Assembly (NCBI GenBank): GCA_038870455.1
Contig: JAWCPB010000009.1
Location: 1-31,350, forward strand
Direction of reading: 5' to 3'
Origin: Candidatus Micrarchaeia archaeon
Lineage (GTDB): Archaea > Micrarchaeota > Micrarchaeia > Burarchaeales > JACRGF01
DNA length: 31,350 nucleotides
The notes under the pieces are model-generated. The model was not told the DNA's origin. It searched no databases and saw only the letters and a program-made list of their open reading frames with translations. Made by a program: the position numbers and the translations under genes. Within the stretch, counting starts at the first letter, position 1, and each line of letters opens with the position of its first letter. Positions 8,393 to 17,135 of the stretch are shown here, one piece after another.

Positions 8393-10056
8393 TCTTCTCC
8401 CACGCCGCCCGTTCCGCCGGGCCCGCCCGGGCCTCCGCCGGGCGGCGTCGCGGGCGCTTTTCCCTTCGCGCTTATCATGTCGTCTATTCTCAGCAGCATC
8501 TCGGCCGCCTCGCTGGCCGACGCGATGGCCTGCTTCTTCACCTTGGCCGGCTCGATCACGCCCTTTTCCTTCATGTCGGCAACCTTCGCGGCGTACACAT
8601 CGACTCCCAGGTGGCGGCCGCTCGCCTTCTTGTGCTTGCTGCGCAGCAGCACGAGCGTGTCAATGGCGTCCATGCCCGTGCTCTCGGCGAGCGTGCGCGG
8701 AACGCTCTCAAGGGATTCGGCAAAAGCCTGGATGGCCAGCTGCTCGCGCCCGCCGATGTCCGTGGCGAACTTGCGCAGGCGGTTCGCGAGCTCCATCTCT
8801 GCCGAGCCCCCGCCGGTCACGTACTTTCCCTCCTCCACCGTGCTGGACACCGCACCGATAGCGTCCTTGATGGCGCGCTCTCCCTCGCTGACCACGTGCT
8901 CCGTGCCCGCCCTCACGAAAATGGTCACGCTCTTCGGGTCCTTGCACTTCTCGACGAACACCATCTGCTCGCCGGCGATTTTCCTTTCCTCTACGAGGCC
9001 CGCGAAACCGAGGTCCTTGCCCGTGAGGTCGTCGAGCGAGGTTGCTATCTGCGCGCCGGTTGCTTTGGCGAGCTTTTCCATATCGGACTTCTTGACCCTG
9101 CGCACAGCGGCGATGCCCTTCTTTGCCAGGAAGTGCTGCGCCACGTCGTCAATGCCCTTCTGGCAGAACACCACAGTGGCGCCGCTCGCGGCGAGCTTTT
9201 CCACCATCTCCTTGAGCATCTTCTCCTCTTGCTGGAGGAACGCGCTCATCTGCTCCGGCGAGGTTATCTCTATCTTCGCGTCGGTCTCGGTCTTCTCTAT
9301 CTCGAGAGAACAGTCTATGAGGGCTATCTTTGCATTCTCAATTTTCTTGGGCATGCCGGGATGCACGATTTCCTTGTCCACCAGCACGCCGTTGATGAGC
9401 TGGGTGTCCTCGATGTTGCCCCCCTCCTTTTTCTCGACTTTGATGAAGTCGTGGTCCACTCTGATTTTTCCATCCTTCTTTTCCGCGACCTGCTTGACCG
9501 CGGCGACAGTGATTTTCGCGAGCTTGTCCTTGGCCCCGCCCACGCCGACGGTCTTGCTTCCCATGGCGATGGCCGCGATGTTCTCCAGAATGGCCGTGTC
9601 TGCCAGCGTCACCGGAGTGGAGATTTCATCAAGAATCCTGTAGCTCTCCTGCGCGGCTTTCTTGTAGCCATTGATGATCGTGCTCGCGTGAATGTCCTGG
9701 TCGAGCAGCTCGCCCGCCCTCTTGAGCAGCTCGCCGGCCAGCATGGCCGCGGTTGTCGTGCCATCGCCGACTTCCTTGTCCTGCGTCTTTGCTATTTCAA
9801 CCATTATCTTGGCCGCAGGATGCTCGACGTTCATCTCCTCGAGTATTGTCGCGCCGTCGTTCGTGATGACGATGTCGCCCAGCTCGCTGACCAGCATCTT
9901 GTCCATGCCCTTTGGCCCCAGTGTCGTGCGGATGGCGTTCGCCACCGCCCACGCCACTGCGATGTTCGCGCGCTGTGCATCCCTGCCGAGAACGCGCGTG
10001 GCGCCCTCCGGCAGAATCAAAACCGGCTGCCCACTCAAATTCGTCTGCTGCGGCAT
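8389..10056 (-). CDS. ths: Thermosome (group II chaperonin) subunit
   Basis: [34 protein letters not shown] and AVRRVKKSD. Start set at MPQQTNL (ATG 10056), which has a GAGGTGA Shine-Dalgarno upstream. Confidence 0.98.
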   Translation of the reverse strand: MPQQTNLSGQPVLILPEGATRVLGRDAQRANIAVAWAVANAIRTTLGPKGMDKMLVSELGDIVITNDGATILEEMNVEHPAAKIMVEIAKTQDKEVGDGTTTAAMLAGELLKRAGELLDQDIHASTIINGYKKAAQESYRILDEISTPVTLADTAILENIAAIAMGSKTVGVGGAKDKLAKITVAAVKQVAEKKDGKIRVDHDFIKVEKKEGGNIEDTQLINGVLVDKEIVHPGMPKKIENAKIALIDCSLEIEKTETDAKIEITSPEQMSAFLQQEEKMLKEMVEKLAASGATVVFCQKGIDDVAQHFLAKKGIAAVRRVKKSDMEKLAKATGAQIATSLDDLTGKDLGFAGLVEERKIAGEQMVFVEKCKDPKSVTIFVRAGTEHVVSEGERAIKDAIGAVSSTVEEGKYVTGGGSAEMELANRLRKFATDIGGREQLAIQAFAESLESVPRTLAESTGMDAIDTLVLLRSKHKKASGRHLGVDVYAAKVADMKEKGVIEPAKVKKQAIASASEAAEMLLRIDDMISAKGKAPATPPGGGPGGPGGTGGVGEE

Positions 10057-10429
10057 ATTCTCACCTCGTTTTTTGAAGACAAAACTTGTTCCCAGAAGAT
10101 TTTTTCTCCTAAAACCGAAAATTTCCTTTTGCGGAAACGAATTTTTCTCCCTGCTGATGAGCATTTTCCTTGAAAAAATATAAATATCTTGCGTTCTCCG
10201 CGAAATCGTTTTAAAGCATTTTATGGCCTCGGCATGAAAAATCTGCAGAAAAAAGCGCTTTTTTCTTTAAAATACGCAAAAAATCAAGCATTCAAGGAAA
10301 AATAGGTGCGTTATTTTATCTGCAAGCGATGAGTTGCAGGAGATAGAGACCCTTTCGCGCGCGGCAGCCCACTAGGTTTAAATTCCTGCTTCACCAAATT
10401 CTCTTTCACTTGTTTGTGGGAGGGGTTGA
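10057..10429. promoter_or_regulatory. AT-rich divergent regulatory region between the thermosome gene and the rpe operon
   Basis: 373 bp, strongly AT-rich against the genome background. TATA-like TTTATA on the - strand near 10178-10183 and TTTAAA at 10377-10382. Perfect 20-bp palindrome at 10247-10266. Confidence 0.6.
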
Positions 10430-11086
10430 ATGGCTTCGGCGACTAGGAGCGGAAAGGTTGAGGTCGCGCCGGCCATCCTCGTCAAGGACAGGCAGAGCCT
10501 TCTCGCCGCAATCAACACAGTCAAGCGCTTCACTCCGCTCATTCACATTGATATAATGGACAACAAGTTCGTGCCCAACTCCACCATCAGCGTGAGCGAG
10601 CTGACCAGCATTCCCGATGGAGTAGGGTACGAGATTCACTGGATGGTCGAAAACCCGGCGGAACTGATCCCACGGGTCAGCGGAAGGCACCTTCACATCG
10701 TGCACATCGAGGCCGTGAGGGATAGGTGGCGGGCTGTTGAGGCCGCTGTGAAAAAAGCAGGCGGAGGGCTTGGGCTGGCCTTCAACCCAGAAACTCCAGT
10801 CGAGGCCGTCCTGCCTTTCATAGGCAGGGTGGAGAGGGTGCTCGTCATGGCCGTGCACCCCGGTTTTTCCGGGCAGCGTTATATTAAAGAAGTTGAGGCC
10901 AAAATAGCTTGGCTGAGGAAAAGGTTTCCTCGGCTTGACATTGAGGTTGATGGGGGGATTGACTTCGCAACCGCAGCGAGCGCTGTCAAGGCGGGCGCCA
11001 ACATTCTTGCCTCCGCGAGCACGATATTCAAGTCGCCTGAGCCTGGGGAGGCAATCGCGCGTTTGAAAAACGCAGGGAGAGAATGA
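10430..11086 (+). CDS. rpe: Ribulose-phosphate 3-epimerase
   Basis: APAIL, HIDIMDNKFVPN, EIHWMVENP, FNPETP, VMAVHPGFSGQ and IEVDGGI. Confidence 0.95.
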   Translation: MASATRSGKVEVAPAILVKDRQSLLAAINTVKRFTPLIHIDIMDNKFVPNSTISVSELTSIPDGVGYEIHWMVENPAELIPRVSGRHLHIVHIEAVRDRWRAVEAAVKKAGGGLGLAFNPETPVEAVLPFIGRVERVLVMAVHPGFSGQRYIKEVEAKIAWLRKRFPRLDIEVDGGIDFATAASAVKAGANILASASTIFKSPEPGEAIARLKNAGRE

Positions 11087-11940
11087 GGCAGAAGATTACC
11101 GACATCAAGACACTGAGGCTCATCGCCAACACGATTAGGCAGGACATCGTGCGGATGCTCTATCATGCCCGCAGCGGGCACTCGGCCGGCTCAATAGGCC
11201 TCGCGGACATATTCACCGCGCTCTACTTCAACGTGCTGTACCACGACCCGCACAACCCTGCTTGGCCTGACAGGGATAGGCTCGTCCTCTCAAACGGCCA
11301 TGTCTGTCCCGTGCTGTACGCCGCGCTCGCAAACGCCGGGTATTTCCCCAAAGAGGAGCTGCTCACCCTCAGGAGGCTGGGCAGCAAGCTGCAGGGGCAT
11401 CCTCACAGGGGAAGCCTGCCTGGCGTAGAGAACTCTTCGGGCCCGCTGGGCCAGGGCCTGTCGCAGGCCGTCGGCATGGCCATCGTCGCCAAGGCGGAGA
11501 GAAAGAGGTGGAGGGTTTATTGCGTGACGAGCGACGGCGAGCATGATGCTGGCCAGACCTGGGAGGCTGCCATGCTTGCTGCAAAGCACCGCCTCGGCAA
11601 CCTCACGGTCATCGTCGACCGCAACAACATCCAGATAGACGGATTTACTGAGGAAGTGCTTCCGCTCGAGCCCTTTGCCGAAAAGTACAGGGCCTTCGGC
11701 TGGCACGTCCTAGAAGTCGACGGCCACAACATAAAAAAGCTCATCGACGCCTGCGAGGAAAGCCGGGCCATCTATGAACGGCCGACGGTCATCATCGCCC
11801 ACACCATTCCGGGAAAGGGTGTGCCGTTCATGGAGTTTGTCACCGAATGGCACGGCAAGCCGCCTTCCAAGGAACAGGCGGATGAGGCTCTTGCAGTGCT
11901 CGACGTGGAAAAGAAGGCCATCGAAGAGGGCTTCGTGTGA
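11083..11940 (+). CDS. Transketolase, N-terminal (ThDP-binding) subunit
   Basis: SGHSAGS, DRLVLSNGH, LQGHP, SGPLGQGLS, SDGE...GQTWEA, DGHN and WHGK. ATGA overlap with rpe. Confidence 0.96.
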   Translation: MRQKITDIKTLRLIANTIRQDIVRMLYHARSGHSAGSIGLADIFTALYFNVLYHDPHNPAWPDRDRLVLSNGHVCPVLYAALANAGYFPKEELLTLRRLGSKLQGHPHRGSLPGVENSSGPLGQGLSQAVGMAIVAKAERKRWRVYCVTSDGEHDAGQTWEAAMLAAKHRLGNLTVIVDRNNIQIDGFTEEVLPLEPFAEKYRAFGWHVLEVDGHNIKKLIDACEESRAIYERPTVIIAHTIPGKGVPFMEFVTEWHGKPPSKEQADEALAVLDVEKKAIEEGFV

Positions 11941-11944
11941 GAAC

Positions 11945-12931
11945 ATGATAAGAAGCGACATGCACCTCGACCTGTCCGGGGCGACAAAAGCGCCGAGCAG
12001 GGACGGCTTTGGCAAGGCGCTTGTCGAGCTGGGTGAGGCGGACAGGGACGTGTGGGTGGTCACCGCGGACGTCTCCGAATCAACGCGCACGCACTGGTTT
12101 GCAGAAAAGTTTCCCACAAGGTTTGTTCAAGTCGGCGTCGCCGAACAAAACCTGGCCGGCGTGGCCGCGGGCATCGCGGCCTGCGGCAAAAAAGTTTTCA
12201 TCTCGGCTTACGGAGTCTTCTCGCCGGGCAGGAACTGGGACCAGATAAGAGTGGCCGTCTGCTACAATGACGTCAAGGTGGTTGTGCACGGCTCGCACAC
12301 GGGCATCACCGTGGGGCCTGACGGCGCATCGCACCAGGCGCTCGAGGACATCGCCATAACGCGCGTGCTGCCTAACCTCTCGGTGATCGCGCCGGCAGAC
12401 GCAGAGGAGGCGAGGAAGGCAACGCTCGCCGCAGCGGCCGTGCCGGGGCCCGTTTATATTCGGACGGCGAGGGAAAAGTTTCCCGTCTTCACCACTCCCC
12501 AGACCCCGTTCGAGTTCGGCAAGGCCAACGTTTATAGGGAAGGCAGCGATGTCGCTATTTTCGCGTGCGGCCCGATGGTGTTCGAGTCGCTCAAGGCGGC
12601 CGAGAGGCTGCAGGGACAAGGCATCTCCGCCGCGGTGATCGATTTGCACACGATAAAGCCGATCGACAGGAAGACGATTGTCGAGTGGGCCAGGAAGACA
12701 GGCCTGCTGGTCTCTGTCGAAGAGCACCAGGTGAATGGTGGGATGGGCTCTGCCATCGCCGAAGTGCTCGCCGAGGAGCACCCGACGCGCCTGCGCAGGC
12801 ACGGCGTCTATGATACATTCTGCGAGTCGGGCGACGTTCCGGACCTCATGAAAAAGTACAGGCTTGACGCGGCAGGCATAGCCGAAGTGGTCGCCGAGAC
12901 CGTGAAGGCGAGGGGGAGGGTGTTGGCGTGA
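11945..12931 (+). CDS. Transketolase, C-terminal subunit
   Basis: RDGFG, GVAEQNLAGVAAG, GPDGASHQALED, GPVYIR, TIKPID and VEEHQVNGGMGS. Start set at ATG 11945, just after the N-subunit stop. Confidence 0.96.
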   Translation: MIRSDMHLDLSGATKAPSRDGFGKALVELGEADRDVWVVTADVSESTRTHWFAEKFPTRFVQVGVAEQNLAGVAAGIAACGKKVFISAYGVFSPGRNWDQIRVAVCYNDVKVVVHGSHTGITVGPDGASHQALEDIAITRVLPNLSVIAPADAEEARKATLAAAAVPGPVYIRTAREKFPVFTTPQTPFEFGKANVYREGSDVAIFACGPMVFESLKAAERLQGQGISAAVIDLHTIKPIDRKTIVEWARKTGLLVSVEEHQVNGGMGSAIAEVLAEEHPTRLRRHGVYDTFCESGDVPDLMKKYRLDAAGIAEVVAETVKARGRVLA

Positions 12932-13584
12932 AGTTTTTTCTGGACACCGCGAATGTCGAAAAGATAAGGGAGGCCGCGGCCCTGGGCGTCATAGAGGGCG
13001 TTACGACCAACCCCACGCTCATCATGCAGGAGGGGCGTGACCACAAGACCGTCATTCAGGAGATTGCAAAAATCATCAGGGGGCCGATCAGCGTTGAGGG
13101 CGCGGAGGACAGCTGCGACAACATCGTGCGCGACGCGCTCGAGTTCGCCAAGTGGGCGCCTAACGTGGTGGTCAAGGTCCCGATGGATGTCGAGGGCATA
13201 AAGGCGGTGCGCGTTCTAGAAAAGAGGAACATCCGCACGAACGTGACGCTCGTGTTCTCGCCCTCTCAGGCGCTGCTCGCCGCAAAGGCGGGCGCGAGCT
13301 ACGTCTCGCCGTTCATCGGCAGGCTCGACGACATCTCTGCTGACGGCGTGCAGCTGGTGCGCGACATAGTTCAGGTCTTCAGGAACTATCCATTCAAGAC
13401 CGAGGTCATCGTGGCCTCCATTCGTCATCCAATGCACGTTGTCGAGGCGGCCAAAGCGGGCGCGCACATAGCCACCATCCCGCCCGGCGTGCTCGAGAAG
13501 ATGTGGCGGCATCCGCTGACCGACAGGGGCATAAAACAGTTTCAAGAAGACTACAAAAAGGCTCTCGAGAAGGCGAAGAAGTGA
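12928..13584 (+). CDS. tal: Transaldolase (short TalC/Fsa family)
   Basis: FFLDTAN, GVTTNPTL, ISVE, VVVKVP (Schiff-base Lys), NVTLVFS, YVSPFIGRLDD and ASIRHP. The SPF motif and the PPP context favour transaldolase over F6P aldolase. Confidence 0.93.
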   Translation: MKFFLDTANVEKIREAAALGVIEGVTTNPTLIMQEGRDHKTVIQEIAKIIRGPISVEGAEDSCDNIVRDALEFAKWAPNVVVKVPMDVEGIKAVRVLEKRNIRTNVTLVFSPSQALLAAKAGASYVSPFIGRLDDISADGVQLVRDIVQVFRNYPFKTEVIVASIRHPMHVVEAAKAGAHIATIPPGVLEKMWRHPLTDRGIKQFQEDYKKALEKAKK

Positions 13585-13588
13585 GGCG

Positions 13589-14551
13589 ATGAGAGAACGC
13601 TCCACCGCCATAGCCTATCCCACCATTCCTGTTCTCCTTCTCTGCGGGCTCAAGGACCCTGCCCGCCGCATTCCGTTCTATTCCACGATGGGGCTCGCGG
13701 TGACTGACTTCGGGGAGAGGGTGAGGACGGAGACTACGGTCGAGCGCGCACCCAAGGGAATCTCATTCACGGTCAACGGCGTTCCGGTGTCGGGAAAACG
13801 CGGGGCCGACATGCTGGCGATGGCAAGGCTTCTCTGCAAAAGGGCGCGCTACAAGGGCGGGCTGCGCATTTCATCCGTTAATCACGACATCGTCACCGGA
13901 AGCAGCGACTCGGGCGCCGCCGCTCTCGCAACCGCGCTCGCGGATTTTCTGGAGCTGAAAATGTCCAAAGAGGAGCTGGCTGAGATCGCCAGGCTTGGAA
14001 GCGAGAGCGTCTACCGCTCGCTGTACGGCGGGCTGTCCCTCACCGAGGTGCGCGGAGGGCGGTGCATCGCCGTGCAGCTCGCTTCTCCAGAGAAGCTGTG
14101 GGCATGGCGCGTGTTCGCAGTTCCTTTCACTGAGCTTGGCGCGCGCCACTCCGCGGACGAGATTCACGAGCGGGCGGTCAGGCACCCGCACTTTCCCGAG
14201 AGGGTTTGCTCCAGGCCCTCTTTCGTCAAGAGGGTGAGGGCTGCGCTACGGAGGGGCGATCTCGAGCGCGTCATGGCCATCGCCGAAGAGGATGCCATGA
14301 ACTTTCACTACATCCTCGAGTGGGTCGGCGTGCGCGTCATCAAAGACCCCATGTTCGCGGCGTGCAACCTCGTGAGGAGAATGCGTGAGGAGCGGGGGGT
14401 GCGCGCGTGGTTCACCGTGGCCGGCGGCAACATGGTTTATGTCTACACGCTCGCGCGGAACGCGCGCAGGGTCGAGGCCGCGTTGCGCAGGGAGTACGGC
14501 AGCAGGGTGCTCGCCTACAAGATAGCCGGCCCCCCGAGGATTGTGAGGTGA
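13589..14551 (+). CDS. Mevalonate 3-kinase-like GHMP protein (Thermoplasma Ta1305 type)
   Basis: Diphosphomevalonate-decarboxylase fold with AYPTI, N..IVTGSSDSGAAA, SESVYRSLYGGL, DEIH and EED...FHYIL..VGV.VI, matching the recalled Thermoplasmatales M3K pattern. The decarboxylase catalytic Asp (D-A-G-P-N) is absent (TVAGGNMVYV). Confidence 0.85.
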   Translation: MRERSTAIAYPTIPVLLLCGLKDPARRIPFYSTMGLAVTDFGERVRTETTVERAPKGISFTVNGVPVSGKRGADMLAMARLLCKRARYKGGLRISSVNHDIVTGSSDSGAAALATALADFLELKMSKEELAEIARLGSESVYRSLYGGLSLTEVRGGRCIAVQLASPEKLWAWRVFAVPFTELGARHSADEIHERAVRHPHFPERVCSRPSFVKRVRAALRRGDLERVMAIAEEDAMNFHYILEWVGVRVIKDPMFAACNLVRRMREERGVRAWFTVAGGNMVYVYTLARNARRVEAALRREYGSRVLAYKIAGPPRIVR

Positions 14552-14555
14552 GAGT

Positions 14556-15344
14556 GTGTTCGCCAAAAGCGAGGAGGAGCGTGCCCTCATAGCGACCGGG
14601 CTGAGCTTCGGCGAGGCGGCAAAGTACATCGGCAGGACGGGCGAGCTTGATGCCAAGCACAGGAAACGTTTTGACATCTTCATGCGCTATATGCGCGGAA
14701 TTTCAAGCGGGGAGGTGAACGAGCCGCTCATCGTCATCGTCGGAGGCATTCCGGGCACGGGCAAGACCACGCTCGCCAGCGAGCTCGCCGTCCGTCTTGG
14801 CATCCGCATCGTGCTCGGGGGCGACACGCTGCGTGAGTTCCTGAGGGGCATTGTCGATGAAAAGGCGCATCCAGTGCTTTTCTCGAGCGTGTACGAGGCG
14901 TGGAAGCACTTTGGCCCGGAGCCAACGCGTGATGCGGTCATAAAGGGCTATGTTGAACAGTCGCGCATCATAAACGCGTGCTTGGCGCGCATGCTCGACC
15001 GCTGCGAGCGTGACGGCGAGTCCGTCGTGCTCGAGTACCTTCACTTCCTGCCTTCTCTGCTGGTGCACCAGCTGCGTTTCAAGGGTGCGGTTGGCATGGC
15101 GCTCGAGCTGAAGAGCAAGGAAGAACACATCCAGAGGTTTCGCATGCGCCAGAGGTACAGCCACTTCAAGTCGCCCGTAGAGCGCCTCATCAACAACCTC
15201 GACAAGTACGAGGCTATGAGCGCGCACATGGTTGAAGACGCGCGCCGCCACAACATTCCCGTGCTCGAGAGCGGCGACATTCAGCGCGCCATCGACCAGG
15301 CGCTCGACATCGTTTATGAGAAGATGGAGAGATTGCTCAAGTAG
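14556..15344 (+). CDS. Mevalonate-3-phosphate 5-kinase-like P-loop kinase (2-phosphoglycerate kinase family, Ta0762 type)
   Basis: GGIPGTGKT P-loop, VLGGDTLREFLR, SVYEAW, IKGYVEQ, DGESVVLE and RLINNLDKYEAM. It lies between the two GHMP genes. GTG start. Confidence 0.82.
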   Translation: MFAKSEEERALIATGLSFGEAAKYIGRTGELDAKHRKRFDIFMRYMRGISSGEVNEPLIVIVGGIPGTGKTTLASELAVRLGIRIVLGGDTLREFLRGIVDEKAHPVLFSSVYEAWKHFGPEPTRDAVIKGYVEQSRIINACLARMLDRCERDGESVVLEYLHFLPSLLVHQLRFKGAVGMALELKSKEEHIQRFRMRQRYSHFKSPVERLINNLDKYEAMSAHMVEDARRHNIPVLESGDIQRAIDQALDIVYEKMERLLK

Positions 15345-15448
15345 GTGGTAAGCTGCCTGCCACACCCCAACCATCACGCGGCAGGAGCGGACAGCGCGGC
15401 CTGCTGCCCTCCGCTGTCCAGTCCTCCATAGAGCGTGCGACAGAGGAC

Positions 15449-16558
15449 ATGCTTTCGCTGTTGCGCGCGCGAGGATGGGGGGAAGAGCCTCTCCCACGGC
15501 TCAAGCCCCTCGGCAAAATAAGCGGCCGCGCAGCCTCAAGAGCCTGGTCCATCCTCGGGCTAGAGAAGTACCTGGGCATGGTCGACTCCAGGCTGCGCAT
15601 CGCCTTCTTTCCAAGCCTCACCCTGACAAACGACTCGACAACAACGAATGCGCTGGTCGAGTTCGATCCATCGCTTGCCGACGACCTCATCGTCATCGGG
15701 GGAAAAAAAGCGGAGGGCAGGCCGAGGGAGAGAGTGATCGAAACGGTCGATGCTTTTCGGGCGCGCTTTGGAATCACCTCGCGTGTGCGCGCCGCGACCG
15801 AGAACATCTTCAAGGGAGGCGGCTCGGGCAAGGGGCTCGGCACGAGCGCGGCCGCTGGAGCGGCGCTCGCCCGCGCGCTCGTGGGGGCCGCTCTTCCCGA
15901 GCACGTGGCAAACAAGCGCCTGCTCGCCCTCACCGCGCGCATTCTTGCAGGCTCGGCAACGCGCAGCGCGGCCGGCGGCTTCGCCCTGTGGCCTTCTCAC
16001 GCCGGCTATCTCGCCCGCCCGGACGACTCCTACGGCATCCGCGTTGATGACGGAAAAACAGACCTGAGGCTCGTCGTCGTTCCCATCCCGCAGTCCACTA
16101 GGACTGAGGACGCGCACGCGGCCGCAGTACGCTCGCCCCATTACGTCGCGTGGGCGAGGAGGAAGGCGAGCGAGGTTCCCGCCCTTCTCAACGCCGTGCT
16201 CGCGCGCGACGTCGAGGCCATAGGCAGGCACGCCGAGGAGGACTCGGTGTGGCTGAACAGGATTCTCACGAGCGGAGGCGGGTTTGACAACTGGGAGAAG
16301 GACACGCGCGCAGTGTTCGAGCTCGTGCGCGGCCTGCGCCGGCGCGGCCTGCTCGCGTATTCTTCCATAGACACCGGTCCGTCCGTTGCCGTCATAACGA
16401 CTTCGAGGGATGCCGAGGCGGTGCGCGGCCACCTCCTCTCTGCCCTCCCGCAGGAACGCGCTTCCTCCGTTTTTCTCGCCGATGTTGCCGGGCCGCCCGA
16501 AAAACTCGGGGGCGAGGGGGTAAAGAGCCTGATGGCGCAGCTCGAGGCGGCCGCATGA
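15449..16558 (+). CDS. Mevalonate 3,5-bisphosphate decarboxylase-like GHMP protein (Thermoplasma/Picrophilus BMD type)
   Basis: ILGLEKYLG..D...IAFFPSL, KGLGTSAA, GSATRSAAG...W.S, TEDAH....SPHY.AW...K, and a retained catalytic Asp in SIDTGPS. The true start may lie upstream. Confidence 0.82.
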   Translation: MLSLLRARGWGEEPLPRLKPLGKISGRAASRAWSILGLEKYLGMVDSRLRIAFFPSLTLTNDSTTTNALVEFDPSLADDLIVIGGKKAEGRPRERVIETVDAFRARFGITSRVRAATENIFKGGGSGKGLGTSAAAGAALARALVGAALPEHVANKRLLALTARILAGSATRSAAGGFALWPSHAGYLARPDDSYGIRVDDGKTDLRLVVVPIPQSTRTEDAHAAAVRSPHYVAWARRKASEVPALLNAVLARDVEAIGRHAEEDSVWLNRILTSGGGFDNWEKDTRAVFELVRGLRRRGLLAYSSIDTGPSVAVITTSRDAEAVRGHLLSALPQERASSVFLADVAGPPEKLGGEGVKSLMAQLEAAA

Positions 16559-16630
16559 GCGAAGTCGCTGCAGTGATCGGCGAGCGGAGGAGGCTCAAGC
16601 CCCTTCGCCGCGGCGAACGAGGCGGGCCGC

Positions 16631-17134
16631 ATGGCTGAAGTCGTTGCGGTGGTTGACGAGCGCGGCCGGGCAGTCGGAAGGGCGGCGCGGCGGACTGCTC
16701 ACAAAAAACGCCTTTTGCATCGTTCCGCGCACGTGCTTCTCTTTGACTCTGCCGGCAGGCTCTTCGTCCAGCGTCGCGCGCTCTCCAAAGACCTTTATCC
16801 CGGCAAGTTCGCCGCCAGTGCGAGCGGCCACGTGAGGCTCGGCGAGGGCGTGAGGCAGGCCGCGGCGCGCGAGCTCGCCGAAGAGCTCGGCCTCAGGGGC
16901 CTGAAGCTCATTCGCATTGCAACCATCCTCTCCTCCACACCTGAGGAGAATGAACTCTGCACCTACTTTAAAGCCGTTCTTCCGGAAGGCGCGCGCGCCA
17001 GCCCGAACAGAAAAGAACTTATACTGCGGGACAGCAGATTCCTCTCATGGCGGCAGGCCGCAGCGCTGAACCGGGAGAAGATTGCCCCCTCTCTCGCCAT
17101 CGCGCTGAGTCTGCGCAGACAGGGAAGGGTTTGA
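16631..17134 (+). CDS. Nudix-fold protein of the type 1 IPP isomerase (IDI1)/YfcD-like family
   Basis: VVDE.G...G, AH..RLLHRS, VQRRA..K..YPG, SGHV..GE...AAARELAEELG (Nudix box) and EENELC. The canonical IDI1 catalytic Cys is absent. Confidence 0.8.
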   Translation: MAEVVAVVDERGRAVGRAARRTAHKKRLLHRSAHVLLFDSAGRLFVQRRALSKDLYPGKFAASASGHVRLGEGVRQAAARELAEELGLRGLKLIRIATILSSTPEENELCTYFKAVLPEGARASPNRKELILRDSRFLSWRQAAALNREKIAPSLAIALSLRRQGRV

Positions 17135-17135
17135 G

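Noticed and set aside
8477-10173. Long + strand ORFs antisense to the thermosome (and similar ones opposite prf1, serS, priS, mvk, pcn)
   Set aside because: Shadow ORFs expected from GC-rich codon bias on the opposite strand. They show no recognisable motifs.
10057-10429. Replication origin
   Set aside because: AT-rich with inverted repeats, but there is no convincing ORB consensus with a G-string and no cdc6/orc1 gene nearby.
13589-14551. Classical diphosphomevalonate decarboxylase
   Set aside because: It lacks the NIAxxKYWG and DAGPN signatures, including the catalytic Asp.
14556-15344. 2-phosphoglycerate kinase for cyclic 2,3-diphosphoglycerate synthesis
   Set aside because: No cDPG synthetase is adjacent and there is no full ATP-cone. 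The GGIPG and GD.LREFLR motifs and the position between two MVA-type GHMP genes favour mevalonate-3-phosphate 5-kinase.
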